NCBI RefSeq assembly: GCF_964355755.1
Contig: NC_092675.1
Location: 7,435,812-7,499,811 of the forward strand
Direction: 5' to 3'
DNA length: 64,000 nucleotides
Origin: Antedon mediterranea
Taxonomy: Eukaryota > Animalia > Echinodermata
Below are positions 11,701 through 24,241 of this stretch, piece after piece. The position numbers were made by a program, and so were the translations under genes. How positions within the stretch are numbered: the stretch's first letter is position 1; every line of letters begins with the position of its first letter. A model generated the notes under the pieces. The model saw only the letters and a program-made list of their open reading frames with translations. It did not search any database and was not told the origin of the DNA.

Positions 11701-14337
11701 ATGAACCACAGACTATTGCCACCTATGTAAAAGACACAAAAATGTGTATTTTTACCAAAATTGTGTGTTTTAATTTAAAACATAGAAAGTCTTATTCAGT
11801 TTATTTGTTTTCTGTTGAATTAAAAGTGTCGCGATAAAATAACACTAACAAGTCACAGGGGTCATTAATAAATATTCAAAATAAATAAACTACCAGTAAT
11901 ATTTTTTCATTAACAAAAATAATAGAAAAATGTGCATATTTTGGTAGCATATGGATAGCATATTGTTATTGAATGTTATAAATAACCCAACATACTGAAT
12001 GCAATTGTGAATGAAATTGAAAAAAAAAGTAATAAAATATGCACATTTTGTAATATAATAGCTGCATCTTAAAATGTTCATGTTGGATAATGGATAGAAT
12101 AATTTATGAGCTTTCATTTAATAGATTACTATACAGTTCATCTAAACACTAAATCATATACAGTAATAAACACAAACAAACACTACCAAATACTACATTT
12201 TTTTAAGATGTATTGTTGCTTTGACTAATTCCAAAAAAAAAGTTATGAAGTATCATAATTAGTCGAAAAAAAAAAAAATTAACTGAAATACTGACGTTTT
12301 TTGTTCAAAAAATTACTTTGACCTCTAAGTTTTCTTTGCTTGTTTGGCTACTGTGTATGTATATTAATCCTATACTTTCCTCGCGATCTGTTTGAAAACA
12401 CCTTCTCAACCGTGACAAGTTGTAAAAAATCCTAATTAGTATCATGCATACTCGTGGTTTGAAATCTTTGTTTACTTTCGCCCGCGACAATTTTCCAGAC
12501 GAAATGTAATCAAATTAATTTACTTATTAATTACATAAACTTGTTGTTTTTGGCACGAACTTTAATATTATTTTGATATAGCCAATTTAAATTTAGAATA
12601 TTTTTTTTTCAAGGGACAATACATCTTTAAAAAACAAAAAAATATTTTCAAAAAGAAAAATAAATATTTTCATTCATTATTAACCATTCCAATGCATTGT
12701 TGATGCATTTTTTAATTATGATTTTTTTTTCTTCTTTTTCTCTGTTTTCATTTTAGGGACAGATCTAGAGGGGCACTTACTTTCCTCTTTTAAAATGAAT
12801 GAACTTGTATAATATGTTGGTGTGAAAGAGTAAACAAAAGAAAATGTATCCAAATGCAAATCTACATAAAATACCTGTGGAATTTTTAATGATGACATAA
12901 CAGCTTCATTATAAAAGGTCTTTCCTCCATGTTCTTTATCTGGAAATATTTCATCCTAGAAATAAGACAATTTTAAATTTCAAATAACTTGGTTTTTTTT
13001 TAGTAAAGAAACAAACATAGAGGGTCCAATATATATGAATATTTCCAGTATAAATGGTCATTTTGTTACAGTACCCCATGTGGGTATAACAAACTTTTGT
13101 TAATGAACACACGATCTAAGAAAATATATGAATAATATAAAAATGTGTACAATTATCAATATCAAATGGTATATTTTGTTTTTTTTTTTTAAATCTAGTT
13201 AACAATATCCTTTGATACATAAAACTATAATAGATTTTAATAGAATTTCCTTTTACTATACCTGAAGAGGTAGAAATGCACCTCCACTGTCAACAACATA
13301 AACTGAAGGCAGTCTATTGTGCAGTGCAATCTCTTGTGTGCGTAGTTGCTTCTTGACTCCAATTGGGTAAACAGTTCCTCCTTTTACAGTTGCATCATTT
13401 GCGTTCACTACACACCAGTGTCCATTTATTTTGGCAATTACTGAAATTTGAAAAAAAATTTTTTTTATCATTCCTAATAATGTACTGTATCCTTGCTATC
13501 TCATTGATTGACTTTATATCATATGGGTTGTGCACTCCTATTTCAATACTATTGCATGCTCAGCTTCAAATCTTGTGTGTTTAATTAGTTTTGGTTTTTT
13601 TTTTTTGCCATGGTTGACCCATTCAGTGTAAAGCTTCCTATGGGCATGCTCAACCTTAGACACACAGTTGGCTGTGATGAAAGAAAAAAGAAACAATCAT
13701 GATGTCGATAGTCATCACACTATAATGACCATACCTAAAAAAAACCTAAAAATTACATCTTTTTCTTGCATCGCCTGTCATGCCTAATAAAAAAGTAATT
13801 ATTAGCTGAAAAAATACCATTGACCATTCCGGAAGCTGGTATATCTCCATAGATCATTCCTTGTCCAGCTAAAGGTGAAAGTTCAAGAAAGTCCTCATCA
13901 TCTAATAAACATCTTAACCTGTCTCTAACAAACATCTTCTTATTTACTTCAGTGTGTTGTTTCATTCCTCTTGCTCCACCTCCTCCATAAACCACAGACA
14001 AAATGTTACGATACGATTCTTCTAGCATATTGCTATTTTCTCTATTCTTTACAAAAGAGCTGTTCGATTGATCTATTTCACCATCAATAACCTTAAAGCC
14101 TGAAAATTTTGTCCGATCTTGGTTTCTTTTGGGGGAAGTGCTAGGCCCGTCATTGGTCTGTTGTACAGAACTGGACAGACTCGCAGTCGGCGCGGCCAAC
14201 CGGTTCCTTGCTCCCGGTAAAGGCCTAACTCCGGTGCTCATTATTGCAGCTATTCTATGAACTCTAAAACTTGATAAATACATATTTGAAATACATTTGA
14301 TGCAAATAGTGTTATTTAGATTTATTCTAGTAAACAT
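8782..14337 (-). CDS. Methylcrotonoyl-CoA carboxylase beta-chain-like carboxyltransferase (divergent MCCC2 paralog), 10 exons, 617 aa, probably mitochondrial
   Basis: Exons (minus strand) 14337-13818, 13440-13262, 12955-12875, 11722-11544, 11451-11259, 10869-10778, 10113-9834, 9666-9571, 9177-9022 and 8859-8782; all GT-AG, 1854 nt in frame. Motifs [67 protein letters not shown]-terminal FGVLRM*. The N-terminus is basic and poor in acidic residues. The start ATG could be a downstream one. Confidence 0.92.
10153..10266 (+). pseudogene. Degenerate 5S rRNA copy, probably the head of a 5S-derived SINE (body continues to ~10460)
   Basis: gaccttatcatgttgaaacaccggttcttgttagatt..gttaagcaacgttggggtcggttagagctttgatgggagaccatctgggaatatcgggtgctgta follows the animal 5S consensus with many substitutions. 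There is no oligo-T terminator, and ~190 nt of higher-GC unique body follows. Confidence 0.8.
12206..12626. mobile_element. Kolobok-type family A copy (internally deleted)
   Basis: AGATGTATTGTTGC...GGGACAATACATCT|TTAA; internal match to 3799-4344. Confidence 0.8.
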
Positions 14338-15863
14338 TTTAAATTAGTTACGCCTTAAAAAGTAGTAAATTGTAGACGTTAAATTGAACCAATCTGTTGG
14401 GTGTCATAGGTCTCCGTTCCGTTGTGACTTCCCTTGTGATTTCCCTTTTATACTATACTTTGTTTACATCTAGTCTTTGATATTAATTTTCACCAAAAAA
14501 GAACGCCACCTATAATTTTATAATATTAATTTGATTTAAAAAGAAAGTGGAGGAAAGAAAATGATTTTTTTCTTAAAGCTCTACAGAAATATTAAATTGT
14601 GATGCTACCCTAACCAACCAAAGTGAATCATCACTGTGCTAGAATTGTTGTTCTTTCGTGAGCTCGGCTAACTTTTAATTAATATGTTTTAGCATAGTCA
14701 ATTTATTCAATATATATATTTTGTTTTCTTTTGTATAAATTTATACAGTAGTACCTTGATTATAACAAACATAGATACATTTTTACGATGCTGCATGCTC
14801 TAGCCAGCTATGTCCCATGAGGACTAATCATTCATAAGCTAAAGCAAGCAGCAGTTATAGTATCTAAGGCCGACAGCTTTGCAACTTTGTAAACTCGACT
14901 ATAATTTATAGATCCCAGCTGCTGGACCCCAAAAAACGTCTGGGAAAAGAAAGTCTATGAGTCATGCTCACGGCGGTTAAACTATTTTGGATTCTCGCCC
15001 TTTGATTGGTTGACGCGAATCAACAGACTGGGAAGAATTTTCGTGAAGTTACGTTGTCTCTCGAGGGTATTCAGTTGCATGCCAACAGGTTGAGGTCACA
15101 CACACACACAGAGCACATTAAATTTAAAAATTGACCATTTTTAAATGGGCATGTAAATCATAATTAAAGAACTATCTTTGATTTGTATGTATTTTTGCGA
15201 TTATAATTAATCATAAATATATCTGAAGAAAGAACAATGATTAATTTTAAAATGTCGAGCAGCATTTTTGTAAGAAATATTTCTTGTTTAATATATCAAC
15301 TTTGATGATATAGAAATTATGAAAAAAAATATGCTAAGCATAATTCAGTAATATGCTAGAGCCCGTTCGAACGTAACAATTTACATAACACGTGTTACTG
15401 CAATGGTCGTTTTGGTCTAGCTGTTTCAAAAACCCAAGGTTGATTTTAGTTCCAATAGACAAACAGAACAAAATATGTCTTTGTTGCAAATGGCATCCAT
15501 CTTACCATCGATAAAATACTAATAAATTATATTATAAATTATAAATTATAACAACTTTTTAAGCCGTTTTATCAATTGTGTGAGTCTATATTTTAATTTG
15601 TTTTTTATCGTACTAATATCTGCCAATCTTTTTATTTCTATTGTTTTTTATTATGATAAATTAATGGACGAAGCTATTCAGTATTTTTCAATTAGACTTG
15701 GCCTTCGACTATTGAAAAGGGTTAGAAACAAGAGGCGCGTACCTGGATTTTACTTTGTTATTATTATGGACGTGCCTGGGAAAATATTTTACACACAAAA
15801 AGCAAGCGCGGCCATTCATGCATATCTGTACAACAACATCAACATACAGCAGCAGCAGACGAG

Positions 15864-18800
15864 ATGTTGGGACTTGGTATTGTTTCAATAAGTTTAATAT
15901 TCTGTTTCATTATCGGAAGTTTATTCCTTTTACAACCTCTATTTAAAACATGGCAACATGTTAGCAAATTTCCTGGACCTAAAGCGTATCCATTGGTCGG
16001 CAATGCCCTAAGTCTTGAAAGAGATCCACACGGTGAGTAAGTAAGTAGGGCAAGCCTAGTAGGGCAGGCCTAGGCCTAATAAATATAGGCTAGGCCGGTG
16101 TGTGACCGAAACGGCCGCCGATTGAAACGGCCGCCAACATTTTCTATTATGGGACGCCAATACCGCCGCAGCTACAACAAGCCAATGCAGTATTATAAAC
16201 GTACAGTAGTAAAGCCTATGAAACCACGATGGAGGAACAAATAAATGAAACCAAGCAATATTTTGCATTAATAAATTATAAATAAAAATTAATAAAATAT
16301 TATACATTAATAAGATTCAAAAACTTCAAAATCGCGCTATGCGTGTTGTTCTTCAAGCTCCGCCTCGCACCAGCACTCACATTCTTCTAACATCTCTCCA
16401 CATCATGAATGTGTCACAGAGGGTGCAGTACCAGGTAGGCTGCCTAGCTTTTAAAGCCATGAACAATATTGCCCCTCGATACATCACCCCTCGATACATC
16501 ACCCAACGATTTTCCACTGTTCCGATACACTCTATGAGGACTAGGGCTGCTTCCAGGGGAGACTTGCTGGTACCCAAAGTTAAATTGGAATGTTTCCGGC
16601 GCTCTTTTATTTATTCTGCTTGTATTTTATATAATGTATTACCTTCTGTTTTGAAAGAATGTACCAATATTAACTCGTTTAAATTTAATTTAAAAAAAAA
16701 CATTTTATCGTAATTGTTTAATTGAATTTTTTTTGGATAATTATTTTTTTATATAATAGTTTTAAATTTAAATGTATCTAGTAGATTCGTATTAGTTAAG
16801 TATAGTTTTATATATTTTGTCATTTTCAAGAGGGCCCCTGAATATCAGCTGGCCTGCGGGTTCAGCTGGAAGGGTTACCCAAACAAATACTGTATTTTGT
16901 CCAATTTTAATTCTTTTCCTTACACTTTTACTTTTACATTTAAAAAATATATAAAAAACCCAACTATGTTTACACAACATTCATTATTATACGATAAACA
17001 TAATAATACATAAATAATTAAAAACATCTAGGCCTACTAGGCCTATCTGTTAATATTTATTAAGTCACATACGTCTAAAGATAAAGTCATTTCAATCTGA
17101 AAAAAAGTAAAACAATTGTATTACACCACACGTCGTTTTGATTACACGTTGTATGACAAACGGCACACGCGGCGTCTCATACATTCAATTGCGTTTTAAT
17201 TGGCGGCCGTTTCAGTCGGCGGCCGTTTCGGCTGTAAACCGCTAGGCCTAGGCCTACTAATAATATTATTTAATATTAGTCTATAGCCTCGTAGGAGGCC
17301 TTGTATGTATTGAATTGTAGGCCTATCTATATATCATATTCATATTTATTGGGTTAGAGGCCTATATAAGCTACTAGACTATGCCTAGTAGGCGTGATCT
17401 CTAGGCCTTTTGATATGAGGGAGTCGTAGCTAAGTAAATTCTCCATGATTGAATTGAAATGCATCAGTAATGTATGATTGAATAAAAATAATAATAATAT
17501 TCAATTAATATAGCGCAAAATGTAGGGCGCCTCTAGGCTAGTCTTTAATGAAGCGCTGACAAATCAACAGAAAATGTAAGAAGCACAAAAATTAATTATT
17601 GATGATTGAAATCGAAAATTAAAAACCTGGGATTTGAGTTTCCTGATTGAGTTTGGAAGGGCGTTGTTCCAAAGAACAGCAGCTGACCGTTAAGGCGCAT
17701 TTTTCAGTAAGTGTCTTATTAATTATTAATAATTTTGAAATATTTTCAATGTATACGAGTGGAATATTGCATCATTTAATTAAATTTAACAAAACATGTT
17801 GCTAATGAAAGGAAGGGAGTAGGCGACGATCGCTGCTGGCACGTAAAAAGACAAAACAATGGTGAGGTTTTTTTGGAATTCATGGTCACTGCCATTCACG
17901 ACTTGGTTAAAATTAAGTGGTCATATAGGTTATAAGGTAGGATGCTTAAGCATAGATGGCTTTAATTTATTCACTAGATCTGATAGATTGTTTAATTTGG
18001 CCTTCATAAATAAATTCATTCAAAATCTAAAACTTGACAACTAACATTTAACAATTAATTTCTTTTTAGGTCTAATACTAATAGCAAGTTCTTTTTGTTG
18101 TAGATTTATTTAACCAAGTTCGAAAATGGTGTACAGAAGATTTCAAAGACTATGGGTTGTTTCGAATATGGCTTGGGATTGTGCCATTTATAGTAGTGTA
18201 TAAAGCAGAAGATGCTGAGGTAGGTTATATGTATACATTAGCACTGGAGTAACTCAAGCGACAAAGGCTCCTGGGGTCCTCCGACGCTGGATGGTTACAT
18301 TGGGACTGCTCATGCTGTGGGCCCCTTATTAATCCAGGGAGCGATCAAAGCTGTTACGCCACTGTATTAGTTTTTTTTTTTGATAGCTTGACATTTTAAT
18401 TTCTCAATGTAATAATAGGTAGGTTACTTTACTACTTTAAGCCACAAAACCTTTTGGACTTTAGGAACATACTCCCAGATTGGTAAAATTACTCCATTGA
18501 CTACCTTCAATATTAACCACCATTTAGGGCTGCTTTTTAGTTTTATTCCAAAATTGTTTATATCTACCAAGCTACTGTATCTTCTTTGTTTCCTACTCAA
18601 TACTATCTCCATTCTCTATTTACCAGCCTTGTGCCTCTTTTCTTTTATTTCTTTTATTCCTGTCCACTCAGGCAGCACTTGCCTGATTTATCTATCTATC
18701 TTTGTCTCAATTACCTTCACTTGCAATGATGAAGGGCTACAGTAGTGTTGCCCGAAAGCTCTGCTAACTTTTCTGGCTGTTTTACTTTATCGTTTTTGTA

Positions 18801-21800
18801 TCTCCATTGAGATCCAGCCATTGATACCCACAGCATCATTGTCATTTTTCAGTATTTTGCCTTTGGATTTATATATTTATTGTAGTTTATAAACCACACT
18901 TTTTAATTCATGGCATCTGATTGGTTAATATTAATCAATTCAACATTACTTCCTTCAAATCAATTTAAGATAAGATTATATACAATAAGACAAGGATATA
19001 GATAAAATGTGGAGTGAAAAAAAAACTAAAGAGATTGTTCAAAACAACTACAGCTACAGGACTATGAATTTACTTTAGCAGGAATCTCAAAACAAATTAG
19101 TGCCAATAGAAAAATTGAATATTAGAAATATCAATAGCCTCTTAAAGATGTATTGTCAGCCAAAAACATGAAAAACTAAGATTAATTAAATTAAGCTTGA
19201 AATATGTAGATTTGTAGTTTTAATAAAGTTAATCAATTTTGTAAAAAAAAAGATGAAACAAAAAAATGTTTTTACTTATAAAATGACAAAATAATGGTTA
19301 AATTCAACCAAAAATCCATTGGCTGCCAGCCCAGTTGACTTTTTTTTTTCGATCTAATTTATGGCAAAAGTGGATAAAATGAGATATTCAAAAAAAGACA
19401 ATACATCTTTAATATATTATTTGTTTATGTTAGTTTTTCAATTACAACATAACACTTTTTAACATCCATTATTAAGATAATTATTTAATGTTTATTCTTC
19501 ACTTTTTAGGAAATACTTAAAAACAGCAAGAATCTAAAAAAATCGTATATTTATACATTTTTTCACCCTTGGCTTGGTACAGGTCTACTTACCAGGTGTG
19601 TGTAAATTAGAGTTTTTTTTAATACTGTATAATTAATAAATGAGCATAATCCCATTCTATAATTTTGCCAGCCCCCCCCCCCCCCCTGGGACTATACTTG
19701 GTCCTATACAGTTAATACAAAAGTAAAAATCTAAAGCTCTGTCTACACTATCAAAGTTTATATGACAAAAAAACTGTGATGTGCCCATATGTGGACATGA
19801 TAATGTTATATCACTACCATATTTAAGCATATCACTACCATATTTGGGCATATCACACTTTTTTGTCAAACTAGTTTGATAGTGTAGACAGAATATATAT
19901 TTGTATGGAACTTTTTATATGGTAAAAAAAAATTCTTATTGCAACTATTGTATCTGAGAAAAGCAGACATTTTCTTTTTGTGAATATTTGTTTTCTACAC
20001 CTCTTTAGCACTGGGTCAAAATGGCACACACGACGGAAAATGTTAACGCCGACGTTTCACTTCAAAATTTTGAATGATTTTATGCAAGTTTTTAACGAGC
20101 AAGCAGAAATTCTTGTCCAAAATTTAGAGAAAAAAGCTGACGACAAGCCATTTAATATTGTCTTCTTAATGACAGCATGTGTGCTGGATATTATATGCGG
20201 TAAGAACTATTGGCTATGTTTTATTTTTAGTAAATTCAATTCATGCATTGAATAAAACCTTCAAGTTATTTTATATTGTATTTGATATGCTGAACCCTGT
20301 AAAGCTCAGTCTAAACTATCAAACTGTTTGACAAAAAAAGTTTGATGTGCCAAAATATGGTAGTGATATGCCCAAATATGGTAGTGATATGACATCATTA
20401 TGTCCATATATGGGCGTATCATTTTTAGTCACATAATGTTTGATAGTGTAGATTTAGGTGTTTTAAGCAATCCCATTGACCTATATGTTACTCAATTCCT
20501 TGGTAAGGAAATGAAGATAAAGAGATAGAATTGATTCATTTTCACTTTACAGAGACGGCTATGGGAGAGTCTGTACATGCACAATGTGACATTCAGAATG
20601 AGTATGTCCAAGCAGTGTTAAAGTAAGTTATTAATCCGGTGCATGCAGGTCCAATGGAGATGATAGGGTTGAATAATAATATTCCCCCTCCTCTTTTTGA
20701 AAACCAAAATGTTAACATTTTCATATCACTCTATTTTTGACAGGCTATTATTTATTAATAATAATAATATATTGTAATATAATAATTTATGTCTTGTTTT
20801 TATAATTACAAATGAGGGTACAATATGTAAATAATTAATAGAAAAATAACGCTGTTTATTGAACTTGATAATAACACCATTATGGAGTCGAAACATCATT
20901 CTTTTTTAAGCATTATATTTTAAGCATTATTTTTCTATTAATAATAATTTTTTATTTGGGCTTGTGTTACACAGGATGTCCGAGTTACTTCATGAGAGAC
21001 AGAAATCTGTATGGCTTTGGCCAGACTTCATCTACTTTCGTTTGTCATCAGGAAAACAGTTTTCAGAAAGTTTACATATTCTCCATGACATGACACTCAA
21101 GGTATGATAAAAGCAAGTAAGAAGACACTTTATAGACCCAACGAATGTCCAGCTTGGCTGGAGGCTAAACATATTTGGTCAGTCTTCAGGAAAATGTCCT
21201 CTTAAAAGCAGTGTCCACGGGGTATCCTCTGAAACTATAAGAGGACACCTTTGAGACCCATAAAACTGATGTCCACCTTGGCTGTAGTTTGAAACATATT
21301 TTGTCCTCTTCGGGAAAGTGTCCTCATAAAAGTAGTGTCCATGGGGTATCCTCCATTAAGAGGAGTCTGACACTTTTGAGACCCTACGAAGTGCTGTCCA
21401 CCTTGGCTGTAGTTTAAAACATATTTTGTCCTCTTCGGGAAAGTGTCCTCATAAAAGTAGTGTCCATGGGGTATCCTCCATTAAGAGGAGTCTGACACTT
21501 TTGAGACCCTACGAAGTGCTATCCACCTTGGCTGTAGTTTAAAACATATTTTGTCCTCTTCAGGAAGGTGTCCTCATAAAAGTAGTGTCCACGGGGTATC
21601 CTCCATTAAGAGGAGTCTGACACTTTTGAGACCCCACGAAGTGCTGTCCACCTTGGCTGTAGTTTAAAACATATTTTGTCCTCTTCAGGAAGGTGTCCTC
21701 ATAAAAGTAGTGTCCACGGGGTATCCTCCATTAAGAAGAGTCTGACACTTTTGAGACCCTAAGAAGTGCTGTCCACCTTCGCTGTAGTTTAAAACATATT

Positions 21801-24241
21801 TTGTCCTCTTCAGGAAGGTGTCTTCATAAAAGTAGTGTCCACGGGGTATCCTCCACGTATATAAGTATCCTTTAAAACTATTAAGAGAACACCTTAAGGA
21901 ACTAGCATTTTTATTTTTAAACAAAAATCCCAGATTATTAACAAACATGGGTCAGAACTAAAGGAACAGCTTAAACAACAGAAAGATCAAGGTGCTGTGG
22001 CGTCAGAAGAACCACAAACTATTGGCAAAAGAAAAAGACTTGCATTTCTAGACTTGCTTTTGTACATGCAAAATGAAAATCCAAGTTTTACCATCGATGA
22101 CATACGTGAAGAAGTGGATACTTTCATGTTTGAGGTACAGTACTGTATATATTTATAACATAGAATACTTTGTTTCAGTAGCACTTAATACTTATTAAGA
22201 CTAATTACCATACATATTTAATTTAACATACTAACTAAAATACTAAAAACGTCAGGAGTAAAATTAATTTTTCCTCATCCAAGAAGACCAAACTATGGTC
22301 GACATTGTTGTATCCCTTCCTTAACTGCTTGGCCTCTCGACTCAACCAAACGTCTCACACAAATGTATTCAATGGTTTAATTGAAACAAGCAAGCAGATA
22401 TTTTATTTATTTTAAACATTAAAATATATGATTGTGGAAACCAGGGCCATGACACAACCGCAGCAGCTTCAAACTGGGCTGTGTATTTGCTCGGCAGGAA
22501 TCCAAAAGCACAGAAACGTCTGCAAGAGGAATTGGATCAAGTATTTGGTAAGTAGTGAAAGGATCTTGTTTGTTACACTTTATGATGCAAAGCGCCACTG
22601 TTAATGTTAATGCATACTTTTTGTGTGACAATGGCTAAACAATTTATAGTGAAATTGTTTATTGCAGTTAGTGTGTCAAATACCATCGTCATCCTTAAAC
22701 AAATCGTTCGTTTTGATGCAAAGTTCCCTTTTAATAATAACGAAATAGTCATTCATTAACTGTACATCTTGTTTGATAGGAGATAGTAATCGACCAGTCA
22801 CCACAGATGACTTTAAAGAACTCAAATATCTTGACTGTGTTATCAAAGAAACACTTCGTATGTACCCTTCTGTTCCCATATTTGGACGTACTATAGAAGA
22901 ATCTATATCAATTGGTCAGTAATATATTGTGATATTATACCTATGTTTTTTAGTTATTATAAAAGGTATATTAATTATTATATAACATGTCAAGAAACCT
23001 TTCTTTTCAAAAGTTATGTATGTACTGCAAACTTTATATAACATATTGATTTCGCCATGCAAACAAAATATAACTTAATTAACTTGCTTGATTTCTAAAT
23101 GCTGCGGTTCTTTTTTTCAGGTGGAAAAAAAATACCTGAAGGAATGCAAGCCTTTGTTCTCGCCTACAACTTGCATCGAGATGAACGCTTTTTCCCAGAA
23201 CCTGAAGAGTTCAGACCGGATAGGTTCCTACCGGAAAACTGTGTTGACAGACATCCATTTGCTTACGTGCCATTCTCTGCCGGACCAAGGAATTGCATAG
23301 GTACATTTGTGAGACTTAGCAGAGTACCCTCTGTCTTAAAATCCCCGCTAAATCCAAGGCTAAATACCCAAATGTTGCATAGTCTCAATTGAATGTTCCC
23401 AATTAGTTTTGTGTAGAGAGGGAGCTCCATTTGTGATGATGTTACATTTTGAGGTATTAGGGAGTTTTCGCAATCTTACGAATACGATAACGAAAACGGA
23501 TACGTCACGCACACGTATTCGTTTTTCGTAAGTCAGTAAAATCTGTTTCGCATGGAAATGAAATATTAAGGGCGCCGTCCAAAATATGACTGCGGTAAAT
23601 TTGAGCGAAGCGCAGGTACGTGTTGCTTGGTGCTTGGCTGCCAAGGCCTAGCGTAACATCAAAGCGAGTGAGGACTTTAAAAACTGCTATTTATCAAAAT
23701 TGACCTGGCATTTTAGTAAATTACTTTAGTAAATTACTTTCAATAAAAGTATAATTATATTATAGTCATGAATCATTCCTGATTCAAATGCTAAATGTGT
23801 AAAATAGATCAGAAACTATACTCGTTTTGTAGTTACAAATATGACTGGTGATATTTGTCAACACGAATACGCTTTACAAATATGAAATGGGGATCAGCTC
23901 AAAAGTTTCACAAATGTGTGATGTATCCGTTTTCGTTATCGTATTCGTAAGGTTGCGAAAACTCCCTATTTACACAATTAGCACCGGCAGTGATTAACGC
24001 TATAAAATAATGATGAAAATCAAATTATATGTATTCTTCTATGATCATCATTTGCGTAAACTGATTGTAATATTTTTCAGGTCAACGTTTTGCAGTCTTT
24101 GAGGAGAAAGTAATCCTTGCACAAATATTCCGAAGATTCAATGCTGAATCTGTTCAGGAGTTTGACGACCTCAAGATACATGGAGAAGTTATTCTACGTC
24201 CATCTGCTGGAATAGTTGTAAAGTTAACAAAAAGAAGATAA
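15864..24241 (+). CDS. Cytochrome P450 family 4 (CYP4V-like), copy 1; 11 exons, 512 aa
   Basis: Exons 15864-16032, 18104-18219, 19510-19595, 20009-20199, 20553-20622, 20975-21101, 21934-22134, 22445-22547, 22780-22914, 23121-23300 and 24081-24241 (1539 nt). Features: N-terminal TM anchor plus PGP hinge, [38 protein letters not shown] (CYP4 I-helix), KETLR, PDRF, heme motif [10 protein letters not shown]. Confidence 0.95.
16097..17240. mobile_element. Non-autonomous MULE-like element containing a LINE fragment
   Basis: ~41-bp TIRs GGTGTGTGACCGAAACGGCCGCCGATTGAAACGGCCGCCAA / TTGGCGGCCGTTTCAGTCGGCGGCCGTTTCGGCTGTAAACC, with 8-bp TSD GCTAGGCC (16089-16096 and 17241-17248). Confidence 0.8.
16310..16890 (+). 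mobile_element. 5'-truncated CR1/L2-group (Crack/Daphne-like) LINE: ORF2 C-terminus plus 3' UTR
   Basis: [14 protein letters not shown]...[14 protein letters not shown]...HSMRTR...[17 protein letters not shown]...[11 protein letters not shown] is the typical post-RT tail. The 3' end reads gagggcccctgaatatcagc...gctggaagggttaccc. Confidence 0.85.
17490..17760 (-). mobile_element. Degenerate L2-group LINE 3' fragment
   Basis: The minus strand gives [11 protein letters not shown]-like remnants followed by gtcagcgctt...gcgctatattaa and an (ATT)n tail. Confidence 0.4.
18242..18364. mobile_element. Small hAT-like MITE
   Basis: TIR CACTGGAGTAAC...GTTACGCCACTG, the same terminus type as 36894-37071; TSD imperfect. 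Confidence 0.55.
18722..18764 (+). ncRNA. Degenerate minimal type-I hammerhead ribozyme in a Penelope-like relic (~18420-18870)
   Basis: gca-aTGATGA-a-gggc(tacagtagtgtt)gccc-GAA-AGCT-C-tgc: stem I gca/tgc, stem II gggc/gccc, palindromic AGCT stem III. Core position C3 is changed to A. Confidence 0.55.
19146..19408. mobile_element. Kolobok-type family B copy
   Basis: TTAA|AGATGTATTGTC...GACAATACATCT|TTAA; internal match to 4669-5002. Confidence 0.8.
19735..19892. mobile_element. Short Kolobok-type MITE, family C (other copies 20303-20452, 39877-40010, 47799-47942, 49349-50289)
   Basis: TIR AGCTCTGTCTACACTATCAAA...TTTGATAGTGTAGACAGAGCT with internal catatcactaccatatttggg subrepeats. The 47799 copy is flanked by TTAA on both sides. 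Confidence 0.8.
21125..21855. repeat. 125-bp tandem satellite, ~5.7 copies, in intron 6 of CYP copy 1
   Basis: The anchor gtccaccttggctgtagttt recurs at 21147 (degenerate), 21271, 21396, 21521, 21646 and 21771. Confidence 0.95.
23459..23967. mobile_element. Non-autonomous PIF/Harbinger-ISL2EU-type element
   Basis: ~45-bp TIR AGGGAGTTTTCGCAA(T/C)CTTACGAATACGATAACGAAAACGGATAC, with 3-bp TSD ATT. Confidence 0.85.

Noticed and set aside
11338-11837. Plus-strand ORFs overlapping MCCC2-like exons (similarly 21987-22184 and 37510-37692 antisense to CYP exon 7)
   Set aside because: These are antisense shadows of real coding exons with no independent protein features.
17859-18044. Alternative first exon of CYP copy 1 ([12 protein letters not shown]...) in an intron block shared with copy 2 (~29094)
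   Set aside because: The homologous block in copy 2 is frameshifted and stops after 12 codons; residual intron homology explains the similarity.
22280-22310. Hammerhead-like ccaagaagacc-aaactat-ggtcgaca
   Set aside because: Both core segments deviate from CUGANGA and GAAA; too degenerate to call.
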